From Methanobacteriota archaeon (GTDB lineage Archaea; Thermoplasmatota; Poseidoniia; Poseidoniales; Thalassarchaeaceae), in contig JAPOKZ010000001.1 in assembly GCA_029977385.1 (NCBI GenBank), positions 22,741 through 86,740 of the forward strand: a stretch of 64,000 nt of DNA. Reading direction: 5' to 3'. Position 1 is the first letter of the stretch. Every line of letters starts with the position of its first letter. The position numbers and the translations under genes were made by a program. Below the pieces are notes generated by a model. The model ran no database searches and was not told the origin of the DNA. It saw only the letters and a program-made list of their open reading frames with translations. This document shows positions 45,884 to 53,142 of this stretch, in pieces.

Positions 45884-47926
45884 ATGGTATTGCACATGGA
45901 GCCAATTGGAGAAGTAACCAACCCCGAGACACTTGATCCAGTCTCTCTAGGATTCATGTGCGGATTAGAGATACACCAGCAGCTGGCAACTGACAAACTA
46001 CACTCGAGAATGCCAAGCGAACTATACGAATACAAGTCCGAGGATATCCCTCATGACTGGCCACGTTCCACCAGAAGGCTTCGAGCTTCACAGGGAGAAA
46101 GAGGAGGGACGGACGTTGCAGCTAGATTCGAGCAAAGGAGGAATCGGACATTCGAGTATGTCCAATCTCCCAATGCTGGGCTCATCGAGTTGGACGAGTC
46201 GCCACCAAGAAACCATGACTCCGAGGCAGTAGATGTTGTTCTCACCATGGCTGCCCTGATGGAGGCGAAACCCATCCCGAACCTGCAAGTGATGAGGAAG
46301 ACTGTCGTGGACGGATCTAACACCAGTGGTTTTCAAAGGACCACAATCGTCGCTACGGACGGCCAAATACAGGCCGACTCTAGTCAGGTTGGAATCGATG
46401 TGATTTCGTTGGAGGAGGACTCTGCTCGGAAGCTGGAGACAAAGAGGACCGCCATTGGGGAAACCGTAGTGTACAATCTAGACAGACTGGGAGTACCTCT
46501 AGTAGAAGTGGCAACAGCCCCAGATGTCCGCTCCCCGGAGCATGCTAAGGAGACTGCATTAGCACTCGGACAACTACTCAGGGAAACCCGTAGGGTCAGG
46601 AGGGGGCTAGGATCAATCAGACAAGACCTCAATGTCAGCATCTCTTGTGGAGACAGGGTTGAAATCAAAGGATGCCAAGACCTAGACTGGATTCCTAGAA
46701 TTATTCGATTGGAGATGGCTCGTCAACTTCACTTCTACCGTCTGGCTAACGATCTGAGAAGAGACTCCTCCCTGCCCCCCCTTCCTCCAGATAGGGACTC
46801 GGATTCTAGACCAGTAGAGAACAGAGTGAAACTCGCTACGGAGAAGAGGATCCCCTTTTCCACTCACGACATCACAGAATGCTTTTCAGAATGCGAATCA
46901 GAAATGGTGTCTAAGTCCTTGGATAACGGCTCCTGTATTCTTGGAATCTCCCTTCCAGGATTCTCAGATAAGATCGGAAGCAAGAAAATGGACGAACATG
47001 GCTCACAGTTACCAAGATTGGGTAGGGAGCTCGCGAGTGCCGCCAAGCTTGCTGGGGTGTCGGGAATCTTCCATTCAGACGAACTCCCAGCCTACGGGAT
47101 TTCGCAATCTGAGGTCGAATCAGTCAGGAGTCGACTGTCTCTCTCAGAAGTAGATGCTTTCGTTCTGTGCATGGCTCCAAAGTGGCAGGCTGAGTTGGCA
47201 CTAGAGGCAGTCATTGACAGAGCACGACTAGCCTTCCATCGCATACCCCGCGAGGTAAGGAACGTAGTGATACGGAAGGGGAAGCCAGAAGACGGAACCA
47301 CAACGGCACTACGGCCTCTTCCAGGTGGTGCTAGGATGTATCCTGAGACTGACATACCGGTCTTGGAAATCTCACCAGAGAGGTGGGAATCAATCAATAG
47401 AAATCTTCCACTTTCTGCTCAGGAGAGGAAGGATAGACTATCCGGTCTAGGGCTATCGAAAAATCAGGAGGAGGCATTGCTAAACGGGGAGATCGATGAC
47501 TTACTCTTCGAGGGCATCGAGGGCCCTCTGAAACTTCCAGCTAAGGCATGGGCAAGCGCAATCCTAGAGAGTGGCACCTCAAAACCAAACTCCCTAGCTG
47601 CGACAGTTCACCTCAGAGAGGAGGGCCTTCTAACGCGAGAGGGAGCAGAGGCCCTTCTAGTGGAATCACAGGAGGGCCAAATTGAGAGAATTGTTGCCTT
47701 CATGTTGTCCGAAGCAGAATCAAGAGGTTTCGTTCCAGCCGATAAGTCATCTGTTGAGGAGGCGGTGGATGAGATACTCAGAGATCGTTCTGATTTTGTT
47801 AAAGAGAGGGGGATGGGTGCAATTGGACCACTGATGGGGATGGTGATGCAGAAGCTCGAGGGCTCGGCGGATGGAAAAATTGTCAGCCAGATTCTCAAGG
47901 AAAGAATTTCAGGGATGATTGAATAA
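45884..47926 (+). CDS. gatE: Glu-tRNA(Gln) amidotransferase subunit E
   Basis: GLEIHQQL, MRKTVVDGSNTSGFQRT, LEEDSAR, LDRLGVPLVEVAT, RRGLGSIRQDLNVSI, VEIKGCQDL, HSDELPAYG, RPLPGGARMYPETD, YqeY-like tail. Confidence 0.97.
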   Translation: MVLHMEPIGEVTNPETLDPVSLGFMCGLEIHQQLATDKLHSRMPSELYEYKSEDIPHDWPRSTRRLRASQGERGGTDVAARFEQRRNRTFEYVQSPNAGLIELDESPPRNHDSEAVDVVLTMAALMEAKPIPNLQVMRKTVVDGSNTSGFQRTTIVATDGQIQADSSQVGIDVISLEEDSARKLETKRTAIGETVVYNLDRLGVPLVEVATAPDVRSPEHAKETALALGQLLRETRRVRRGLGSIRQDLNVSISCGDRVEIKGCQDLDWIPRIIRLEMARQLHFYRLANDLRRDSSLPPLPPDRDSDSRPVENRVKLATEKRIPFSTHDITECFSECESEMVSKSLDNGSCILGISLPGFSDKIGSKKMDEHGSQLPRLGRELASAAKLAGVSGIFHSDELPAYGISQSEVESVRSRLSLSEVDAFVLCMAPKWQAELALEAVIDRARLAFHRIPREVRNVVIRKGKPEDGTTTALRPLPGGARMYPETDIPVLEISPERWESINRNLPLSAQERKDRLSGLGLSKNQEEALLNGEIDDLLFEGIEGPLKLPAKAWASAILESGTSKPNSLAATVHLREEGLLTREGAEALLVESQEGQIERIVAFMLSEAESRGFVPADKSSVEEAVDEILRDRSDFVKERGMGAIGPLMGMVMQKLEGSADGKIVSQILKERISGMIE

Positions 47927-47995
47927 TAATTTAGTTTGGTAAATTTATGAACTCACGACTACCTTGATAGACTCTACATTGGTAGGACATACTCC

Positions 47996-48547
47996 ATGTC
48001 AGACTGGATTAAGCCTGCTTCTATTGTTATGCTAGTTACACTGTTACTTATTGCCCCATCCTTACAGGATAGGTTAGCAGAAGAAACCACGAAATATGTC
48101 GAAGATAACCAGTCATCGCATCATGGTCTTCCATCAGATTGGGTGGATAATCAAGTCCTCTGCATCTATTTTCCAACAGAGTCTCCACATTCAGAATTCA
48201 GCCTAGGTGTGACCATGATTGATCGAAATGGCGATGTAATCGGAACAAACGAGAACCTGAACAGGACGGGAGCTTGCCTCGGAGGCTTTGATGGGTACTC
48301 CAATGGCTTAGATTTCATGATGTCATCAACTAGAATGGGACATGGCCATCTCTCTGTAGGGTACGATGTCGGACAATGGGGAGCATTCGTTCATACAATC
48401 GGAGGACTGAACGCAGACACGTTGACCGGCGACTTCAACGGAGCATATTGGCACCTCGATCACAATGGTGCTGCTTCGATGGTAGGCATAGGAGATCTGG
48501 TGATGTCAGAGGGAGATGTCATCGAATGGAGCGTCGGAACCTGGTAA
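47996..48547 (+). CDS. Membrane-anchored DUF4430 (transcobalamin/intrinsic-factor beta-domain-like) protein, probable cobalamin-binding CbrS-like
   Basis: N-terminal hydrophobic anchor; C-terminal GAFVHTIGG...YW.L..NG..S.VGI....MSEGDVIEW pattern. Confidence 0.78.
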   Translation: MSDWIKPASIVMLVTLLLIAPSLQDRLAEETTKYVEDNQSSHHGLPSDWVDNQVLCIYFPTESPHSEFSLGVTMIDRNGDVIGTNENLNRTGACLGGFDGYSNGLDFMMSSTRMGHGHLSVGYDVGQWGAFVHTIGGLNADTLTGDFNGAYWHLDHNGAASMVGIGDLVMSEGDVIEWSVGTW

Positions 48548-48600
48548 TACCTTCGGAACTATGAAGTGGTGAGGTCGGGACAGAGGAACGGGGCGGAACT

Positions 48601-49254
48601 TTGTACGACTTTCACAACGTCTCTCTTTCACCGATTCAGACCCTTTCTCTGAATTTGGCCGTTCTCTCAATAATCGTTTTCTCGCTAATAAGGAGCGAAA
48701 GATCGCTCAGGGACGAGAGCCAATGGGGGGTCCTGATTCTTCTAGCCATTTTCGGAGTTTCAGGAAGAGTCCTATTGGAGCCGATACCGAACGTCCAGCC
48801 TGTTAGCGTACTAGTTCTTCTCACAGGTGTTTACTTCGGAGCTCCACGCGCTATTGCACTCGCAGCAACCATCGCCCTAGCTTCTAATGTAATTTTCATG
48901 GGGCATGGCCCGTGGACTATCTTCCAAGTGATTGGGTGGGGAGCTATAGGCACTTTTGGCGCTCTAATCTCTGAAAAACTAGTCGTCAACGAGAGACCTA
49001 GAATCAATCTTCTAGCAGTAATTGCAGCACTATCAGGGCTCGCTTTCAACTGGTTCGTTTCACTTAGTATCCTCCTCAATAATGACCTTTCTATGTTAGT
49101 ACCCTACCTCCTAAATGGCCTAGTGTTCGATCTCTATCATGCATTTGGGAACATACTCTTCGTTGCATGGATGGCCACTCCGCTCGGAGAGATGATGTCG
49201 CGACATCGGTCTTCTCAGGCATTGGAAGCGGTGAGAAATGGTGTCGCCAACTGA
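48601..49254 (+). CDS. ECF transporter S-component, CbrT-like (cobalamin)
   Basis: GRVLLEPIPNVQPVS, LASN..MGHGPWT.FQ..GWG, YLLNGLVFDLYHAFGN; 6-7 TM. Confidence 0.82.
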   Translation: MYDFHNVSLSPIQTLSLNLAVLSIIVFSLIRSERSLRDESQWGVLILLAIFGVSGRVLLEPIPNVQPVSVLVLLTGVYFGAPRAIALAATIALASNVIFMGHGPWTIFQVIGWGAIGTFGALISEKLVVNERPRINLLAVIAALSGLAFNWFVSLSILLNNDLSMLVPYLLNGLVFDLYHAFGNILFVAWMATPLGEMMSRHRSSQALEAVRNGVAN

Positions 49255-49609
49255 AGAACTCACCATGGTCCTTGTCACTAGACAGGACTTGCAGTTATCG
49301 AAGGGCAAGCTTGCTGCACAATGCGCACATGCATCAGCAGAGTGCGTCCTTTCTGCAAAGAGAAAGAACCCCCGAACTCTGGATCAGTATCTGAGAAGAG
49401 GCGCTAGGAAAATTGTGTGCAAGGTCCCGGATCTAGTTTCGCTCAAGCAAGTCCATTCAAGGGCGAAGAAGGCAGGTCTGGTATGTCACCTTGTCACCGA
49501 TGCAGGACATACCGAAATTCCTCCTGGAACCGAAACAGTGGTTGGAATAGGTCCAGGGTCCAGGGACCAGATAGACAAGATCACCGGCCAACTGCCTTTA
49601 GTTGGTTAG
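49238..49609 (+). CDS. pth2: Peptidyl-tRNA hydrolase Pth2
   Basis: MVLVTRQDL.LSKGKLAAQCAHA, KIVCK, DAGHTEIPPGT.TV.GIGP, IDKITGQL.L. Confidence 0.96.
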   Translation: MVSPTEELTMVLVTRQDLQLSKGKLAAQCAHASAECVLSAKRKNPRTLDQYLRRGARKIVCKVPDLVSLKQVHSRAKKAGLVCHLVTDAGHTEIPPGTETVVGIGPGSRDQIDKITGQLPLVG

Positions 49610-50204
49610 TAGGGGTTTGATTGCCCGGCCTAAGTCTGGCAAGAAGAGTCTTGAATCGAGCCCCTCTGCGAGGTACGTGGTTACCCAGGCCCCCTTGTCC
49701 GAAGAGGAGCGCTCCACACTCCTGTCCCAGTGTGACTCCCTCAGGAACCTCACCGAATGGCTGGACGAAATCGACAGAAGGCCCGGTCTGGACGAGCTAG
49801 ATGCTCGCCTGTCTTCGTTGGAAGTCAACGTCGATGCACTGCAGGATTGCATAGGGTATTCCGAGGACGGCTATCAGAGGAATGTGATCAAGAAGAATGA
49901 GCACTACGAACTCGTGGCGATATGCTGGACACCAGGCCAGGACACACCGATCCACGATCATACTGGAAGCGACTGCGCATTCTTGATTGTCTCAGGGGTT
50001 TCAACAGAGACAGTATACAAGACCAACAAGGAAGGTTTGGCGTATCCAATTTCAGACAGGAGGTACCTCCCGGGCGAGGTTTGTGCAGCCGAGGAGCCAG
50101 ATATCCATAGAGTCTCAAATGAGGAAAGAACCAATCTAATCAATTTGCATGTCTATACTCCGCCACTTAGCGGATTCAAGATATACGCCCCTATCGAGGA
50201 CTAG
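49602..50204 (+). CDS. Cysteine dioxygenase (Arg-type thiol dioxygenase, cupin)
   Basis: YQRNVI, W.PGQ.TPIHDHTGSDC, IHRVSN, LHVYTPP. Start uncertain (TTG 49602 or 49617). Confidence 0.87.
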   Translation: MVSRGLIARPKSGKKSLESSPSARYVVTQAPLSEEERSTLLSQCDSLRNLTEWLDEIDRRPGLDELDARLSSLEVNVDALQDCIGYSEDGYQRNVIKKNEHYELVAICWTPGQDTPIHDHTGSDCAFLIVSGVSTETVYKTNKEGLAYPISDRRYLPGEVCAAEEPDIHRVSNEERTNLINLHVYTPPLSGFKIYAPIED

Positions 50205-51787
50205 CGGCCTCTCTCCGCCATCAGTTGGACGGCCTGCTGGACCCACATCATCTTGGTAACTCTACCAGGTGTGAACTCCATAGCGTCGTTAACTACCTCC
50301 GCGGTAACTGGATCCATCCTAGAAATCTGGTCATAGGTATGAATTCCTAGGACATTGAGCTTCTTTTGCGCGAACTCATCCAGCCCTTGTATCCGGGTCA
50401 AATCATCTGGCCTCTGGCCCTCTGCTTCTCCAATCTGAGCCCAGTTTACCTGAACAGCCTTGAGGCTGACCCTCTCTAAGATCAACTCCTCTCTTTCCAT
50501 GAGGTTTGCCTTGAGCTTCAAATCTGCATGTGCCGCTTCCCTCTCGGCCTTCATAGCAGCTGTCTCGACTCCGACAAGAGCCTCCTCCTTCCCTTTCATC
50601 TCGCTTTGGATCTTCTCTATCTCCTGCTCAACCTCCTCGGCTTTCTTAGTTGTCTCCGACTTGAACTTGTGACTATCCTCTATCTCTTGTTGGACTCTGA
50701 TTTTCTGTTCCTCTGCTTTCTTTGCCTCTTGCTCCACTCTCGCTATTTCTGCTTGCTTGGCCTTGACTTCCTTCTCCAGAGCCTTGGCAGCAGCCATCTC
50801 GGTCTTCATCTGGTCCTTGACGTCCTTGAGCGCGCCTTTCGCCTCCTCAGCCTCTGCCTTGGAAGCCTCAAGTGCTTCCTTCTTCTTGGCCATGGTGCTC
50901 TCCATCTTCGACTCCGCAAGCTCACGCTTGGCACGGAATTCCTCGAGTTGTTGTTCTGCCTTCGACTTCGCTTTCCCAGAGGCCTTGATTTGCTTCTCTG
51001 CTACTTTTCTCTCCATCTCGGCCTTCTTCAGTTCCGCCTCGGCCTTTGCTGCGGCCTTCCCTTCCTTGGCAACCTCGGTTCCCAGTTTCTTGGCCTCGGC
51101 CATTGCATCCTTGGCTTCCTTACCGAACTCTTTTGCAGCAACTGTCTCCGTCTTTGCCTTCTCCTTTAGTTCGCTCTCCTTTGCCTTAAGCTCTTCAGGG
51201 GAAAGCTTGGAGGAACTCTTCAGCTCATCTAGAGCCTTCTTAGCAGCCTTTGCTTGTTTCTCTGCAGCCTTTCTTCCAGCCTCGGCCTTCTTCGCCTCCA
51301 CTTCTGCCTTAGCAACTGCCTTTGCTTCCTTAGCAGCCTTCTTTGCATCCCCCATCTGTGCCTTCTTAGCAGCCTCCAGCTCCTTCTTAGCAGCTGCAGC
51401 TTCGGCCTTCGCTTCGGCTTCCTTGGCCTTCGCCTCTGCTGGATCTACTGCCTTCTTACTCTTCTTGGTCTTCTCCTCAGGCTCTGGTTCAGCCGCAGGC
51501 TCAGGCTCAGGCTCAGGCTCTGGTTCAGCCGCAGGCTCAGGCTCAGGCTCCGATGACTTTTTGGTAACCTTTCCATACTTCTTCTGGAGTCCCTTGACCA
51601 TAGTTCCATAGTTTCCTTCGAACTTCTTCAGTAGCTTCGGAATATTGGCGATTTGCTTCGAACGCTCCGGCTCTTCCAAGAATTGAGTGTACGTTGCCTT
51701 GGCCAGTTTAGCAGCCTGTTGTGCGGTTGGTCCTGTCGCCACGACGCTTGGAGGAAATCCATCACTTAAGGATTTGACCAAATTCAC
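50201..51787 (-). CDS. Long coiled-coil protein: small helical N-domain, PEPE linker, A/K/E-rich coiled coil, C-terminal HhH-like module
   Basis: IPKLLKKFEG....VKGLQKKYG; EPEPEPAA repeats; about 300-aa AKE coiled coil; PDDLTRIQGLDEFAQKKLNVLGIHTYDQI...PGRV...WVQQA. GTG start overlaps the aminotransferase stop. Confidence 0.82.
   Translation of the reverse strand: MNLVKSLSDGFPPSVVATGPTAQQAAKLAKATYTQFLEEPERSKQIANIPKLLKKFEGNYGTMVKGLQKKYGKVTKKSSEPEPEPAAEPEPEPEPEPAAEPEPEEKTKKSKKAVDPAEAKAKEAEAKAEAAAAKKELEAAKKAQMGDAKKAAKEAKAVAKAEVEAKKAEAGRKAAEKQAKAAKKALDELKSSSKLSPEELKAKESELKEKAKTETVAAKEFGKEAKDAMAEAKKLGTEVAKEGKAAAKAEAELKKAEMERKVAEKQIKASGKAKSKAEQQLEEFRAKRELAESKMESTMAKKKEALEASKAEAEEAKGALKDVKDQMKTEMAAAKALEKEVKAKQAEIARVEQEAKKAEEQKIRVQQEIEDSHKFKSETTKKAEEVEQEIEKIQSEMKGKEEALVGVETAAMKAEREAAHADLKLKANLMEREELILERVSLKAVQVNWAQIGEAEGQRPDDLTRIQGLDEFAQKKLNVLGIHTYDQISRMDPVTAEVVNDAMEFTPGRVTKMMWVQQAVQLMAERGR
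51480..51551. repeat. 36-bp tandem duplication containing GGCTCA hexamers (encodes EPEPEPAAEPEP linker)
   Basis: GGCTCTGGTTCAGCCGCAGGCTCAGGCTCAGGCTC(A/C) repeated twice directly. Confidence 0.85.
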
Positions 51788-53049
51788 ATTTGAAGCTCTT
51801 CTCTGTAATTCTCGAAAACGCCTCTAAATAACTCGATATCCGAATCAAATGTTTCAGGTAGCAAAGGACCGAATGAAAATCGGAAGAATCGCGAATAAGG
51901 TGACTCATAACTAGGATCTTTCGAATGTGGACGTGCCATATCGCAGTCTGTAGCGCAGAGAATTGCTGCACCGTGTTTGAAAAGTCGTTTGTTTAACTCG
52001 GAACTTGTCATTCCTTCAGGCAACTCTAGCCAGTGATAGAATCCCCCATCTCCAGTGAACACTCCAAGTCCCATTTCCTCGAATGCCTTGCCATATCTTT
52101 CCCTCTGCCAGTTATAGTGCTCCTCGACTGCCTTTCTAGCCTTCTTCACTCTTCCAGGCTCCAGGAGCTTGACTGCATAGTTCTGTGAAGGATGACTAAC
52201 TCCACCCATGCCGAAGCTAGAGAAGTTTGACAGGGTCTCAATGTTCTTCCTACTTGAGATAATCCAACCAATTCTTATCCCGGGGGATTGCAATCCCTTT
52301 GTACAGGCCCCTGCGATAAACACGTTGCTGTTATCTAGGTCTTCTACGAACTGAATACCACTTACCGAAGGGGAGTGAAACATCTCGTAAGCCTCATCAA
52401 GAAGGATGCCGTTTTTCGGGCCCTCCGCCAATCTGATCAGATCCCTCAACTCGTCCCCCCATCTTGTCTGTCCGGAAGGGTTCTGAGGATTCGAGATAAT
52501 CGGCATCAGGCTCGTCTTAGCATTCAGACCCGATCTATCGAAGTACTCTTCATTGCTTGGGTGGAAGCCATTTCCCTTAGTGAACGGGACTATCTGGAAA
52601 TCCGTATCGGTCTGCTCAAGAATATCAAGATATGCAGGCCACTCGATGTTCCCAATCCTTACCTGGACATGATCCTTGAGGAATGCGAGAACAGTGTATA
52701 TCCCCGGCCTCCCTCCGGCGAAGACCATCACATTCTCAGGCTGCACTTTCGATCCATACTGATCATTGTAGTATCCTGCAATTGCTTCTCGCAAATCCGG
52801 GTGGCCCCAAGCTTTGGGGTAGAACCGATCCTCCCAAGTTACGTCTACACTGTCTGGAAGTGGAGGGCCTCCAAACCTATCCAGAGGGGTGGTGAGGGGA
52901 AATCCCTGTGACCACGGATGAGTGCCTTCGGTCCCCATGAAACTGCCGAACGAGTCCCTGAAGGAGTACAGCGTCTCATAGATTCCCATAGGCGGGCAGT
53001 TGTCGGACAGGAACGACTCAACAGACGCGCCACTATTCTGCATGACCAT
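51784..53049 (-). CDS. PLP-dependent aminotransferase class I/II
   Basis: G...LREAIA.YY, ISNPQNPSG, LLDEAY, CTKG...PGIRIGW, GGFY.W, RFSF. Confidence 0.92.
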   Translation of the reverse strand: MVMQNSGASVESFLSDNCPPMGIYETLYSFRDSFGSFMGTEGTHPWSQGFPLTTPLDRFGGPPLPDSVDVTWEDRFYPKAWGHPDLREAIAGYYNDQYGSKVQPENVMVFAGGRPGIYTVLAFLKDHVQVRIGNIEWPAYLDILEQTDTDFQIVPFTKGNGFHPSNEEYFDRSGLNAKTSLMPIISNPQNPSGQTRWGDELRDLIRLAEGPKNGILLDEAYEMFHSPSVSGIQFVEDLDNSNVFIAGACTKGLQSPGIRIGWIISSRKNIETLSNFSSFGMGGVSHPSQNYAVKLLEPGRVKKARKAVEEHYNWQRERYGKAFEEMGLGVFTGDGGFYHWLELPEGMTSSELNKRLFKHGAAILCATDCDMARPHSKDPSYESPYSRFFRFSFGPLLPETFDSDIELFRGVFENYREELQM

Positions 53050-53142
53050 CCGTGTAGCATGTCACAAATTAGTTTGACCATAGCAGTGGACAATTCCCAT
53101 TGATGAAAAAACCGTTAATACACCCATTCTGCTTCGACAGCC

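Noticed and set aside
47927..47995. Cobalamin riboswitch upstream of the B12 uptake genes
   Set aside because: Only 69 nt, AT-rich, no B12-box consensus; contains just a promoter-like box.
50528..51611. Long plus-strand ORFs (213 and 284 aa) rich in S/A/F/L
   Set aside because: Antisense shadows of the GAG/AAG/GCN-rich coiled-coil gene; no independent features.
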